NCBI RefSeq assembly: GCF_009914755.1
Contig: NC_060947.1
Length of the DNA: 64,000 nucleotides
Direction: 5' to 3' (one strand)
Origin: the human T2T-CHM13v2.0 reference genome, Homo sapiens
The translations under genes were made by a program, and so were the position numbers. Of the stretch, positions 29,529 to 45,410 are shown one piece after another. Within the stretch, counting starts at the first letter, position 1. Each line of letters begins with the position of its first letter. The notes beneath the pieces were generated by a model. The model searched no databases. It was given only the letters and a program-made list of their open reading frames with translations, and had not been told where the DNA came from.

Positions 29529-31039
29529 TAATTTATAAGTTTTCTGTCTTTTAAACGAAGACACAGTAATCACAAAGGGGGAAAAAATTTGAATCAAGGA
29601 ATTAGCCAACTTACACCCCAAATAAACCTTATTTTTACTTTGTCAGACTACTGTCTTACTGCTCCCTTCACAGTAGCTCTCAGAGCAACAGTGTAAATGC
29701 AAAATAGGGTGTCGTCAAAGAGTGTGGGGTCCTGCTTAGAGTCTTTTACCACATGAGATATAGTGCCATCAAATGCCACGATCTTGCAGAAAAAGTCAAC
29801 ACAATCTGTTCCTGAAACATGCATCTTTTACAACCAAAACCACAGAGGGTATACGTGGTAAACAACCTAATTCTAATGGGGCAAAATGAAGATTTGGGGA
29901 CAAACACCAGAATAAGCTGTCTTCAGTACTGGTCAGCAGGTTATTTTTATCCTAATTCAAAAAATTTAATTCACTTAACATTGACTGAGTTTGTCATGTA
30001 CCAGGCAATATGCTAAGTAGGTGCATAGGGAGGATTTGGATAGGACACAGGTGGGCAGGGCTTGACCCTGGTTATCAAGAGACTTGCAGTCTGTTAAAAG
30101 ATAGAAGCTTATCTTTTGGTTAACCGCTAAACATATTTGGCATATTCCAAGTTGTGTGTTATGCATTTATTCATAAAGTAACTAATCAGACTTTCAAAAC
30201 AACACCAAGGAGTGGTTACTGCCCACGTTTTGTTTATGAGAAGATTGAGGACCCTGTGGCTAAAGCTTGATGCCACAGGTAACAGATCTAGTAAATGACA
30301 GAGCTGGAGTGTGCGTCCTGACCTTCACATTCTAAGTCCAAAAGCTATTTCCACTTTACCACACTTTCCTCCTTATATTTCATGTGTGAAGTGCTATAGG
30401 AGAATGATAACGCAATCTAAGAGTTTAAATAAGCCAATCTTTAATCAGAAGTTTTGCCCATCCTTCCTGGGAGAGTTATTTCAACTAGAACTTGTCGGGT
30501 AGGCATAATTTCAATAAACAGATGTGAGATGGAACAGAGGGGAGAAAACAGGCCTGTCAACTTGGGAATATCGAAAATGACAGCCGACTTTCGAGCGCAG
30601 AGACCCGTAAGGATGATGCCACCATTAACCATCATGGGAAACTCAACCAGGATAAGGCATAAAGCACTTGATATTTGTCAGGACTGCAGGATACCTGCTC
30701 CTCTATTTAAAAGATTAAATAATTCAAAGTCCCGTATTATCACATTTGTGCTAGACCCTACGGTATGGAGCTGGGAAAGAGATGAATAAATAGAACTTGC
30801 CTTTTACCTTTTAATTGTGTCTCTATCTTATTTATTAACTTTCAAAAGTAATGCATGCTTACTGTTTTTGAAAAAATAAACCTTACAAGATAAGAAAGTT
30901 TCAAAAAATTACATTCCTCGACCCCACGTCTACAGCGCAAACGTAATCAAATAGCCTAGTATGCACTCCTGCACTTCATTCGCCACCTCTTACAAACACA
31001 TGCCAAAATACACACACACACATATGTAAACATTGAAAA

Positions 31040-32609
31040 TCAATTGCATTGAGTTATACTTTATGTACAATAGAATGGAACTATTTAAGTGTACAGTTTG
31101 TCATTTTAACAAATTTTTACACCCATGCATTCACGCTGACAATCAAGATATAGAATATTTTCTCTACCTTAAAAATATTTTTGTGGCCCTTTGCTAGAAG
31201 TCCTCGCTATTTTCAGCCATATCATTGATCTATTTTTTCCAATAGATTAGTTTTACTTCTTGTACAATCTCATAAATAGGATTATACTACTTGTATACTT
31301 TTTTCCTCTGGCTTCTTTTACTTAGCATAATGTGTTTGATATCCATCTATATGTTGTATATAACAGTAGTTCGTTCCTTTGGATTCCTGAGTTGCACTCT
31401 ATTGTATGAATATACCCCGATGATCCATTACCAGTTGATGGGCATTTGAGTTTATTCTAGATTATTAGCTATTGCAAATGAAATTCCTTGGAACATACAT
31501 GTGCATGTATAGATGTTGCCGTATATTTTCATTTATGTTGGTGAGCCATAAAGTGAATGTATGTTTATTTTAATTTAAAATGCTCAACTTTTCTGAAAGC
31601 TATTATAAATTTTTACTTTCTCACCAGCAATTTATGAGCATTCTGGTTTGCTGCATATCCTCACCAATACTTGTAATTTTCTATCATTTGCCAGTTAGCA
31701 ATACTACCAGGTGTGAAATAGTATCTCATTGCAAGTATAATGTGTATTTCTTCGATGATTAAAGACTGATAATTACACTTAATGTGTGCCTTGGCCATCT
31801 GCGTATCTTCTTTTGTGAAGTCACAAGTGTTTTCTCAGATAAGTGTATTGTGAATATTTTCTCCCAATGTGCCATTTCATTTTCTTAATAGTGACTTCTC
31901 AAAAGCAGGAACTTTTAATACTGATAAACCTAGTTTAACATTTTTATTTTCTTGTAGAGTTCACAATGTTGGTGTCCCACATTAGAAATCTTTGCCCTTT
32001 ACAATGTCATAAACATTTATATTTCCTTCTAGGTCTATTTTTGGACCATCTCTTATCTTCCACTAATTTGTCTATCCTTATGTTAATACCATGCTGTCCT
32101 GATTATTTTAGCTTCATATTAAATCTTCAAATCATGTTGTTCATGTCCTGAAACTTTTCTTTTTTTCAGAATAATTTTGAATCGTTAAGTTCTTTTTATT
32201 TCCATATGAATTTTTTTATCTCAGTTTCTCAATTTCGATTAAAAAAAAGAACCTGCTGACATCTTAATAGATTGTATTGATCAATTTTAAAAAAACTTAC
32301 ATATTAACAATATTGACTTTTTCAATCCATGAACACAGTATAGCTGTCTATGTATTTAGTATTCATAAGTTTATTTCAGCAGTGTTTAATAATTTTACAT
32401 GTACAGGTCTTACAAGCACATTTTAGTATATTTACCCATATATATATTTCATACTGTTACAAATGGCATTTTAAATTTTTTAATTTCTAATTCTCCATGC
32501 CTAGGATACAGGAATACATCTAATCTTATACACGGTGGCCTTTTGTCCTGTCATGTTGGTAAATTTACTTACCAGTTCTAGTAATTTTTTAAAAAGATAA
32601 TTTAGGATA

Positions 32610-32653
<44 letters not shown>

Positions 32654-33115
32654 GTCTATCTAGAGAGATGTATTCTGTGAATACAGTTTTAATGTTCCTT
32701 TCAAAGCTGTATATATCTTACTTGTTTTCTCTTAACCAGAAGGAATTCAGTGTTAAATCATGAGCATGATGTTAGTTTGTTAGTTGGAGTAGTTTTTTCA
32801 CAGATACAAGTTATCTGACTGAGAGTTTACTTTTCTACCCAGTTTTCTGAGAATTTTTATCATGAATATATAGTGAATTTTCTCACAAGCTTTTGCTGCA
32901 TTTATTGAGATTTTTTTCTTCCTTCATTGGTTAATGAAGTACAAAGTTTGTTTTTCAAATGATAAATCAATCTCACATTACTGAGATAAAAAACATTTTG
33001 ACAAGATGGATTATTCAGTTTGGAGATATTTTGAAGGACTTTTGTATTTGTGCTCATAAGGGAAGTTGTATTGTGATTTTCTTATCTAGTTAGGTTTCTG
33101 TTTAGATTGTGTATC
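31040..33115 (-). mobile_element. Degenerate old L1M fragments
   Basis: T-rich antisense L1 3' UTR/ORF2 motifs (aagtgtacagttt, gatgggcatttgagtt, ttccatatgaatttt). Confidence 0.65.
32609..32662 (+). repeat. (ATCT)n tetranucleotide microsatellite
   Basis: Read directly. Confidence 0.93.
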
Positions 33116-33119
33116 ACGG

Positions 33120-33612
33120 TGTATTCGTTTCCTATTGCTGCTTTGAAAAATTACCACAAACTCAATGGCTTAAACCAGTAAAATTACATTATTTTACAGT
33201 TCTGGAAGTCAGAAATCTAAAATGTGCCTTATAGGGCTAAAGGAGAGGTATCTGAAGGACTGCACTCCTCTGGAGGCTTTAGTGGGGAAGCCTTTTATGG
33301 GAGAAAGCTTTTTACAGATTCTAAAGATTGTCTGCAATTTTTGGCTTGTGGTCCTCTTCCAGCAATTACATCACTCCGCTCTCTGCTTCAGTTATCAAAT
33401 CTCTTCTGACTCTCCTGCTTCCCTTTTCCCTTTAAAATAACCCTTATGATTACAGCGACCCCACAATCCAGGATAAATATTCCATTATAAGCATCTTAAC
33501 TAATCACATCAGAAAAATTATTTTGATGTGTAAGGTAACATAGTCACAGGTTCTGGAGGTTAGGGCTTCGAAATTTTTGTGGAAGAAGCAAGCATTATTC
33601 TTCATACCACAC
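33120..33612 (-). mobile_element. MLT1-type MaLR LTR
   Basis: tgtattcgtttcctattgctgct...cacaaact..tggcttaaa; cagttctggaagtcagaa. Confidence 0.7.
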
Positions 33613-33752
33613 TGATTGATGCTAGCTGATATGGTTTGGCTGTGTCCCCACCCAAATCTCATCCTGAAGTTCCATGTATTGTGGGAGGGACCTGGTGGGA
33701 GGTAACTGAATCATGGGAGCAGGTATTTCCTGTGCTCTTCTTTTGACAGTGA

Positions 33753-34152
<400 letters not shown>

Positions 34153-34266
34153 TGACTTGCTCCTCCTTCCCTTCTGCAATGATTGTGAGGCCTCCCCAGC
34201 CATGTGGAACTGGAAGTTCATTAAACCCCTTTCCCTTTTGTAAATTGACCAGTCTCGGGTATGGGA

Positions 34267-34556
34267 TTTTTTTTTTTTTTTTTTTTTTGAGACTAAGTCT
34301 TGCTCTGAGGCCCAGGATGATGTCAGCTCACTGCAACCTCTGCGTCCCGGGACGAAGTGATTCTCCTGTCTCAGCCTCCCAAGTAGATGTGATTATAGGT
34401 GTGCACCAACACACCCAGCTGTTTTTTGTATTTTTAGTAGAGATGGGGTTTCACCATATTGGCCAGGCTGCTCTCGAACTCCTGACCTCAAGTGATCCAC
34501 CTGCCTTGGCCTCCCAAAGTGCTGGGATTACAGGTGTGAGCCAAGCACCCAATCCA
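34267..34556 (-). mobile_element. Second Alu nested in the THE1 5' LTR
   Basis: Poly-T, Alu body, ggtatg repeated on both sides. Confidence 0.9.
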
Positions 34557-34930
34557 GGTATGTCTTTATTAGCAGTATGAAAATAAACTAATACAGTAAA
34601 TTAGTACCAGTAGAGTGAGGTGCTGCTGAAAAGATACCCAAAAATGTGGAAGCTACTTTTGAACTGGGTAACAGGCAGAGGTTGGAACAGTTTGGAGGGC
34701 TCAGAAGAAGACAGGAAAATGTGGGAAAGTTTGGAACTTCCTAGAGACTTGTTGAATGGCTTTGCCCAAAATGCGGATGGTGAGATGGATGATAAAGTCC
34801 AGGCTGAGGTGGTCTCAGATGGATATGAGGAATTTGTTGGGAACTGGAGCAAAGGTGACTCTTGTTATGTTTTAGCAAAAAGGCGGCAGCATTTTGTTCC
34901 TGCCATAGAGATCTGTAGAACTCTGAACTT

Positions 34931-36016
34931 TATTGGGGGAACCCACCCCCAATATTTCCACGTAGGTTCTTCCTATTTTCCGTAAGTGTCGACCAGCTGA
35001 GAAATAAAGAGAAAGAGTACAAGAGAGGAATTTTACAGTTGGGCCGCCAGGGGTGACATCACATACCGGTAGGACCGTGATGCCCACCTGAGCCTCAAAC
35101 CAGCAAGTTTTTTTATTAAGGATTTCAAAAGGGGAGGGGGTGTAAAACAGAGAGTAGGTACAAAGATCACATGATTCAAAAGGCAAAAAGTAGAACTACT
35201 AATAAGGGTCTAACAAAGATCACATGCTTCTGAGGGAACAGGACAAAGGGAAAAAGCAGAACCACTGATAAGGGTCCAACAAAGATCACAAGGCAAATGG
35301 CAAAAGCAGAACCACTGATGAGGGTCTATGTTCAGCGGTGCACGTACTGTCTTGATAAACATCTTAAACAAAAGAAAACAGGGTTCCAGAGCAGAGAACT
35401 GGTCTGACCACAAATTTACCAGGGTGGAGTTTTTTCCCCACCCTAGTAAGCCCGAGGGTACTGCAGGAGACCAGGACGAATCTCAGTCCTTAGCTCAACT
35501 GCGTAAGACAGACATTCCCAGAGCGGCCGATTATAGACCTTCCCCCAGGAATGCATTCCTTTCCCAGGGTATTAATATTAATATTCCTTGCTAGGAAAAG
35601 AATTTAGCGATCTCTCCCCTACTTGCACGTCCATTTATAGGCTCTCCGCAAGAAGAAAAATATGGCTCTTTTTGCCCGACCACACAGGCAGTCAGACCTT
35701 ATGGTTGTCTTCCCTTGTTCCCTAAAAATCACTGTTAATCTGTTCTTTTTTAAGGTGCACTGATTTCATATTGTTCAAACACACATGTTTTACAATCAAT
35801 TTCTACAGTTAACACAACTATCACAGTGGTCCTGAGGTGACGTACATCCTCAACTTATGAAGATAACAGGATTAAGAGACTAAAGTAAGACAGCTTTTGA
35901 AATTATAAAAGTATTATTTGGGAACTGATGAATGTCCATGAAATCTTCACAATTTATGTTCCTCTGCCAGAGCTCCAGCCAGTCCCTCCATGCGGGGTCC
36001 CTGACTTCCTGCAAAA
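34931..36016 (-). mobile_element. MER11 solo LTR (HERV-K11/HML-8) nested in THE1-int
   Basis: Reverse complement starts ..tgcaggaagtcagggacccc; ~1.09 kb; 6-bp TSD gaactt/gaacct; internal ~50-bp repeats. Confidence 0.88.
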
Positions 36017-36183
36017 GAACCTGAGGGAGATGATTTAGGGTATCTGGCAGAAGAAATTTCTAAGCAGCAAAGCATTCAAGAGGTGACTTGGGTGCTGTTA
36101 AAGGCATTCAGTTTTATAAGGGAAGCGGAGCATACAACTTTGGAAAATTTTCAGCCTGACAATGGGACAGAAAATAAAATCCC

Positions 36184-36533
<350 letters not shown>

Positions 36534-38002
36534 TCAAGGCAGCTGCAGAAATTTGCATAAATAACAAGGAGCCGAATGTTAACCCCCAAGACAATGGGTA
36601 AAATGTCTCCAGGGCACGTCAGAGGTCTTCACGGCAGCCACTCTCATCATAGGCCTGGAGGCCTAGGAGGAAAACACGGTTTTATGGGCTGGGCCCAGGA
36701 TCCCCTGGTGTGTGCAGCCTAGGTATTTGGTGGCCTGTGCCCCAGCTGCTCCACCTGTGGCTGAAAAGGGCCAACACAGAGCTCAGGCCGTGGCTTCAGA
36801 GGGTGCAAGCCCCAAGCCTTGGCAGTTTCCACATGCACTTGAGCCTGCAGGTGCACAGAAGTCAAGAATTGAGGTTTGGAAACCTACGCCTAGATTTCAG
36901 AAGATGTATGGAAATGCTTGGATGCCCGGGCAGAAGTTTGCTGGAGGGACAGGGCCCTCATGGAGAACCTCTTCTAGGGCAGTGCAGAAGGGAAACGTGG
37001 GGTCACGACCCTCACACAGGGTCTCTACTGAAGCACCACCTAGGGATAGCTGGGAAAAGAGGGCCACTGTCCTCCAGACCCCAGAATGGTAGCTCCTCCG
37101 ACCACTTGCACCATATACCTGGAAAAACAGCAGACACTCAACACCAGCCCATGAGAGCAGCCAGGAGGGAGGCTGTACCCTGCAAAGCCACAGGAATGAA
37201 GCTGCCTAAGACCATGGCAACCTACCTCTTCTATCAGTGTGACCTGGATGTGAGACATGGAGTCAAAGGAGATAATTCTGGAATTTTAAAATTTGACTGC
37301 CCCGCTGGATTTCAGACTTGCATGGTACCTGTAGCCCCTTAGTTTTGTCTAATGTCTCCCACTTGGAATGGCTGTATCTACTCAATGCCTGTACCCTCAT
37401 TGTATCTAGGAAGTAACGAACTTCCTTTTGATTTTACAGGCTTATAGGCACAAAGGACTTGCCTTGTCTCAGATGAGACTTTGAACTTTTGACTGTGGAC
37501 TTTTGAGTTAATGCTGAAATGAGATAAGACTTTGGGGGACTGTTTGGAAGGCATGATTGGTTTTGAAATGTGAGGAGGACATGAGATTTGAGAGGGTCCA
37601 GGGACACAATGATATGGTTTGGCTGTGTCCCCACACAAATCTCATGTTTAATTCTTATGTGATGTTGGAGGGACCTGGTGGGAGGTAACTGAATCACAGG
37701 GACAGGTCTTTCCCATGCTGTTCTCATGATAGTGAATAAGTATCATGAGATCTGATGGTTTCATAAGGGGGAGTTGCCCTGTACAAGCTCTCTCCTTACC
37801 TGCCATCATCCACGTAACATGTGACTCTCCCCTCCTTGCCTTCTGCCATAATTGTGAGACCTCCCCAGCCACATGGAACCGTAAGGCCATTAAACCTCTT
37901 TCTTTTGGAAATTGCCCACTCTTGGGTATGTCTTTACTAGCAGTGTGAAAATGACTAATACACCAGCCTTATGAAATAAAATTAGAACTGTTTCCCCAAA
38001 CC

Positions 38003-38152
38003 TTTTTTTCTTTTTTCTTAGTTCTTTTTTGGTTGTAAGAGACAGCATCTCAGTATATCTCCAAGGTTGCTCTTGAACTCCTGGGCTCAAGCAATCCTCC
38101 TGCCTCAGCCCCCAAGTTGCTAGGACTATAGGCATATGTCACCACCCCTGGT
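38003..38152 (-). mobile_element. Alu monomer (FLAM/AluJ-like)
   Basis: cttgaactcctgggctcaagcaatcctcctgcctcagcc. Confidence 0.75.
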
Positions 38153-38997
38153 TCCCTGACCTTTCGTTTCTGAAATAATTCACATATGATTTTTGCATGA
38201 CTTCTATTTTAACATTTGATAAGATCACCAGTATAGTTACCTTGTCTTGGAGTTTTCTTTGTGGCAACGGGATTCATTTTGAACTCAATTACTTTCATGT
38301 GAATATGGATCCTCAGCGTTCATGTTTGGGATTGTAGTTGTTTGCAAAGTTGTGTCTATCAAAGCAGTTGTCCCTTCAATCTACGTTACAAATGTATTGT
38401 CATAATCTTGTTTGGAATGTGTTTAAATATTTTAATGACTACAGGATATATAGTCACATTCTCCTTTGCACTCCTTATATTTATAATTTGTGTCTTCTAT
38501 ATTTTTCTCCTGATCATTGAAAAAAAATTCTTCTAAACTTACACGACATAATCATGATCTCAAGCCCCTTCAATTTGTGTAGCTCCAAAACTTGTATAGT
38601 ACCCATCATTTTCCTTCAATCTGAAAAACTTCCTTTAACATTTCTGATGTTTCAGGACTGCTGGTATAAAATTATCTCTGCTTTTGATTTGTGTTTCTGA
38701 AAATGTCTATATCTTAACTCCAAAATTTTTTTATTTGATACAGAAATCTACATTGATAGCTGGATTTGTTTAATGCTTTACAAGTTTCGTTAAAGAGTTT
38801 TCTGGCTTTATAATTTCTGACAAGAAGTCTGTAATAATTCTTTTTATTCCTCTACATGTAACACATCTTTCTTTGTTCTGTTTTTAACTTCATTTGCCAT
38901 CTCCTGTTTTATAAATTTTACTATGATACATTTGGTTTGGTTTTCTTTGTGTTTACTCTCCTGTGTTTTATTGAACTCCTTGGTTCTATGAATTTAG

Positions 38998-39335
<338 letters not shown>

Positions 39336-39383
39336 CCAATAATTTTTCTAATCTTGTCTCTCTTTTCATTCTTGATCTTTTAA

Positions 39384-39740
<357 letters not shown>

Positions 39741-39749
39741 TAATATTTA

Positions 39750-41200
39750 ATAAACATTTCAGAATAGTTTCAGATTTACTGCAAAGACATGAATATAGTA
39801 TAGTAACTTCCCACATAAGAAAATCTCATACCTCGTTTTTTTATTATTAACATCTTACACTAGTATAGTGCATTTCCCAATACTAATAGCCAATATTCAT
39901 ACAATATTATTAACTAAAGTCCTTGTATTACTCAGTATGCCTTAGGTTTTACCTGTTGCTGCTTTCTGATCCTGTGCAAGATACCATATTACATCTACTC
40001 CTCAAGTCTCCTTAGGCTCCTCTTGGCTGTGACAGCTTTTCAGATTGTCCTTACTTTTTATGACCCTGACAGAGCTTTGAGAGGTACTAGTGAGGTGTTT
40101 TATAGAGCATCCTTCAGTTGGGATATGTCTGGTGATACTCGTATTATTAGACTAACATTATGAGATTTGGGGCAGAAAATCTCACAGAGGCAAACTATTT
40201 TCCTTGTCATATTATATCAGGGTTACATGATATCGCATGACAAACTGCTGAGGATATTAGGCTTAATCACGTCGTCAAACCAGCGTATGACAGGTTTCTC
40301 CACTGTAAAGGTACTCCTTGTTTTCCATACATTGCTTTTTCAAAGCAAATCATTAAGTGAAGCCAATACTAAAAAGAGAGGGGGATTAAACACCACTTGT
40401 TGGATTAGGGAGTATCAACATAAAATATCTGAAATTCTTCTATATGGATTTCTCTATTCTCCATTATTTGTTTTTTTTCCAATAATTAATTTATATCACT
40501 ATAAAATCCCAGATACTTATTGTATGCTTTGGAGTAAAATTTAATATTGCCTCATTAATTTTCTTCCTCAAATTATTTCAACTTTGGCCATTGTGTGCTC
40601 TTTCAGTTGGCTCCTGTGTCCTTTTGATATGCTCTCATTTTTCTGTTTTTAAAAATTTCTTTACTTTCTGGTACCGTAAGAAGCTTCAGGCTCATCTTAT
40701 GTACTGCCTGCCCTAGTTCTAGAAACAGCCATTTCTTCAGGCATTCCTATTTTGTTTTTCTCTTTAATTAGATAATCATATTAGAAACCTAGACCTGGGT
40801 CCTAGCTTTGTTGGTTGTCAATGGGTTGCCATTGTTTTTAGGCTCTCGCAGTTGACAAAGCAAGAAAACATAGGTATGTGTACTAGGCTGTGTATATCAG
40901 CCTATCTATAAATATTTCTGTATGTATGCTACGTTAAACATGACTTTATATTGATGTCTTCAGCTCTAATCCATTACTACATGCATCATTCTAGTTTTCT
41001 GCCTCATTTGTCTACAACCTTTCATTCTAACTGTGAGAAACTAGGCTCCCACAGTCCATCATTTATTTGCTCACTTGGTTAGCTGCAGTGTCAATGTATA
41101 CTGGTTTCAGAATTGTTAACCCATGTTCCCATGGGAAGCAATGTTATACTACAGAATGCAGTGTTTATGTGAGCTCCTTTTACATTTAATCTCCTAAGCT
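39750..41200 (-). mobile_element. Old L1MC-type 3' region fragments
   Basis: Motifs such as caagtctccttaggctcctcttggctgtgacag and tcagttggctcctgtgtcc. Confidence 0.6.
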
Positions 41201-41457
41201 CATTTCCACCTTTTCTCCTAACCTCCCCGGTAAGATGATTTAATAGATTTGTAAATCAGTCATATTCTATTGTCACAGTCTGAATTTTCTATCTTTGCTT
41301 CAGTTTAAGTAATTCCCATATCTTTTATTTTGCAGTGTCTACTGTGATAGTAATTACACACACTTCGCTTTCAGTATCAGATGGCATATGTTTCAGCTCA
41401 AAAATTCCATGTTTTGTCTTCCATTACTCTCATTACAGTATTTTAATAACTATTTTA

Positions 41458-41771
<314 letters not shown>

Positions 41772-42095
41772 TTAAAGCTTTGCCAGCCAATCTAATTATC
41801 TCTGATTTCCTCCAGGTTATGGGTCACAATTTGCTGTTGCGCTGCTTGTTTTTTTGTTTGTTTGTTTGTTTGTTTGTTTTGTTTCGTTGCTGTTGTTGCT
41901 AGGCAATAAACTGAAGATCAGCTTAATCTTTTTGGATACTAATTTTAAAGTTCGTTTATTAAGTGTCACTAGGCTATACCTAGAATAGCCTTTACTCTTG
42001 GGATACTTTAGCCTTCTGGTGCCTACTGAGTGCTTAGAGCATTAAGTGGCGTTTCTCTATTTCACTGGTGGGGTATTAAAGATGTTTCAGTCCTA

Positions 42096-42590
42096 TGTGG
42101 TAGGAAATTTTGAAAAGCAGTCTTTGACAGCCAGCAACTGGTCAGACACTCATAGCTAGGCCTCAGTGCTATTAGAAGCTGGGCTGCCACTCACAGCTAA
42201 GCCATATTATTCTCTTGGTGAAGACGGACAATTTCACAGAACACCAATTTCAGACCATGATAAAGTAAGATAAAATAAGGTCATCTCATAATTTTGTCTG
42301 AGGACAGACACAAATAAGATCGCTGTGCAATGCAAAAACTGCAAAATATCCCACTTACCTGCTAATTTGAGTGACTGCTACTTGTTTTCCCAATTACAGC
42401 TTTATATTTGTTCTAGCCTGCCCTCCTTTTATACAAATTCTACTCAGATACCCAGTTGTAGAATTGCTCCCGTTTCCTGACAGCAGTTAATCTAGACAAA
42501 ACTCCCTCTTCCTCAGACCCTTTACCAAATTACCCAGCCAAAGCCCAAATCCTATAAGAAGTTCTTTCTAAGACTCTATATCTGAGTTGT
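42096..42590 (+). mobile_element. Probable degenerate ERV1 LTR fragment
   Basis: LTR-like composition (gagtgactgct, ttcctgacagc, cccaaatcctataa); family not identified. Confidence 0.4.
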
Positions 42591-43269
42591 CAGGTACTTA
42601 CACAACTTTTCCTGCCAATATAAACAACCAGAAAACATATTGGAAACAACTTATTTTCTAATCTAGACAAAGGGCAGTGCGGGATTATGATCACTAAAAG
42701 AAGGAAAACAAACGAGATGGTGTTTATTCTCCTTCACCGCAACGAGTGAGTAATAAACCCAAATTCTTAAACAACAACTGTGTTCTTGTAGGGCAGTGAC
42801 AGTGAGCTCTGAAAAATTTTCAGTTGATGATTCCCAGGCACTCGTTCTTTCTCTTGCCTCACGGGACTCACCCTGCAAATGTGTTGATTAGTAGTGAAGG
42901 ATTCAAAGGGCCCACAGAAAGATTTCTGGAGCTTTTTTTCTGCATAGCTCCCTCCTCTCTCTATTATTCTGCTATAAAATTCCAATTCATTTCAAATACC
43001 TAAATTCTGATTTCTATCTTTTCAATTTCGTGAAACAAAAGTCTCTCTTACTTGAATTCTTTCTGTGTCATCGTTCTAAAATTCCTTCCTGATAGGAAGC
43101 TGGAGTGATTGTAGAGCTCACCTCTTTGTTTCTCTTAGTGAACACAGTGCTATACTGCCCATTATCCTGATTAATGAAAACATCTGTTTCAAATATTTGT
43201 TCTCATTTTCTGGTTGTTCACGTTGGGAGAGAACATGGACAGAAGTGGAAGTTAGTAAACAATAACGTA

Positions 43270-43460
43270 TTACATAGCTTCGAACAACTCAAAAGAGGTC
43301 ATTGAACGTTCCTAACATAAATAAATGATAAATGTTGGAGATGATGGATATGCTAATTACCCGAATCTGATCACTACACATTGTACATATCAAAGCATCA
43401 CTATGTACTGCATAAATATGTACAGGTATTATTTATCAATTACAAAAATTAATTTAAAAA
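43270..43460 (+). mobile_element. L1M 3' end fragment
   Basis: gatgatggatatgctaattacc...A-rich tail. Confidence 0.7.
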
Positions 43461-44372
43461 TTTAATCATACCATATATATTTCTTTGCTATTTTCAATCC
43501 CCACCTCACCCCTTTGTAAACATATCAAAGATATACTATAGATGAAATTCTACTTTACTTTATTTAATATCTGGTTAATATTTTAGAGGTTATATTCACT
43601 CATATGTATATAATCAACGCATTTTTAATGAACATTTCTTCCAATATATATGTCTGCGCATGTGGTATCTTGTTATCCCTATACATAATGTTGCATTATT
43701 TTATTAATTCTTATGTCCATATGCTCAACAAAATTATTGAGATGCTACTATATGCTAGGCACTATGTATTAAAATGGTTATGGCTTCTGTTGCTGTAGCT
43801 ATGAAATGAAAAGAAAAAAAGCAATGACTTTGGCTACTTCTGAGAAATGTACTTTAATTTTCCCAAGTGGAATTTCTTAACGCTTATCAGAATCCTAGTT
43901 TATAGAATCAGGTAGATCCACTTTACATATCTGCAAAATATCTTATTTATTTCTCTCACAAATGCATTTTTAAAGTTTATATGCAAGCTGTGATTGTATA
44001 AGTGTAATTTTAAATAACTTTTTTGATGACAAGATTATAATCAGGTGAGTCAAAGCCGCTTGCTACATACATTTCATTTTCTAATATGCTATTTAAGGCA
44101 GGGTACTGATGTAACCAATGGGCTAGAGATAGTTTTAGGCAGCAGGTGGTATGTGGTTACATTTTAAAAATGAACAAAAACAGAAGTAAAAATCCTTAAA
44201 ATGTTTGATTGAAGAAATACAATCATAGAGTTTCTTACTAGTCAACAGCTTCGCACTTTGGGATGAGAACAGGATATCAAGAACCAGAAAAGAGTTATAG
44301 CCTTTTCTTCCCTCTTGGTAATTTCTTGTCTGTGCTACCTAAGGAGGGGAGAAGGTAGGCTTACCGGAAGGG

Positions 44373-44753
44373 TGTATTAGTCCATTCTCATGCTGCTATA
44401 AAGGACTGTCTGAGACTGGGTAATTTATAAAGAAAATAGGTTTCATTGACTCACAGTTCTACGTGGCTGGGGAGGTCTCAGGAACCTGACAATCACGGCA
44501 GAAGGGGAAGCGAACATTTCCTTCTTCACATGATGGCAGGAAGGAGAAGTGCCCAACAAAAGGGGGAAACGCCTCTTATAAAACCATCAAATATCATGAG
44601 AACTCGCTCACTATCAGGAGAACAGCAGCATGGGGGTAACTGGCACTATGATTAAATTACCTCCCACCGGGTCTCTCCGACAACACATGGGGATTATGGC
44701 AACTACTACAATTCAAGATGAGATTTCGGTGGGAACTCAGCAAAACCATATCA
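44373..44753 (-). mobile_element. THE1/MST solo LTR
   Basis: tgtattagtcc...aaccatatca; perfect 5-bp TSD aaggg. Confidence 0.9.
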
Positions 44754-45269
44754 AAGGGTAACTAAAACCTGTTATTATTGGGAAACATTTTTTTTTCTAC
44801 CTAGAAAAGGAAGAGCAAAGGCAAAGGTATTTAATGTGAAACTGGTTTTGAATCATGAACAACAATCATAATACAGTGTTTACTGTATTCGAAATGCTAC
44901 TCTTTATGACTTCTCTTTTCACTCATTATGGTTTTTACTTATTCTAGTAATTAAAAAATCAGGACTTTAGAAAAAAATGGAAAGAAGAATATTTGACTAG
45001 AACAATATTAGATTTCCTTTTCGGTTAACTTTTTGCAATCCGATTTCCTTTCTAATTTATTAAATCCTTATTATGTACTGTTTGTTATATATTGGGAGTG
45101 AAAATATGTTTTAAAATGAAGGGAGGCAACAAGTAGAGAAGAAATTAGTAAAATCCATTCTTGGCTCAGGCATCTTAAAATACCAAGTCAGCAATACAAA
45201 TAGGCTTTCATTTTCAAGCATTTACCAAGCTATCCATAGCTTTTTAAGTACTATTATATTTCATCCTAA

Positions 45270-45410
45270 AGAGGGTTCTATGAGGTTAAGTACTTTCATT
45301 ATTCCTGATTCACACATGAGGAGATGGAGGCTTAGAGAAGTCAGGTAGCTTGCCTAAGCTTACACAGCTAGTAAAAGGTAAAGCTAAGTTTCAAACCCAG
45401 GTCGGTGTGA
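45270..45410. mobile_element. MIR fragment
   Basis: Core atgaggagatggaggcttagagaagt...cttgcctaag..cacacagctagt. Confidence 0.7.

Noticed and set aside
30454-30789. 111-aa ORF with a small CpG cluster in apparently unique sequence
   Set aside because: Non-ATG start, no recognisable domain, no splice or promoter support.
35155-35330. Three ~50-bp spaced repeats (aaagatcaca...agaaccactgataagggtc) resembling an array
   Set aside because: Internal tandem repeats of the MER11 LTR; imperfect, no unique spacers, no cas genes, eukaryotic context.
36710-37342. 210-aa and 126-aa ORFs
   Set aside because: They lie in THE1 internal sequence; degenerate MaLR remnant with no sign of a host gene.
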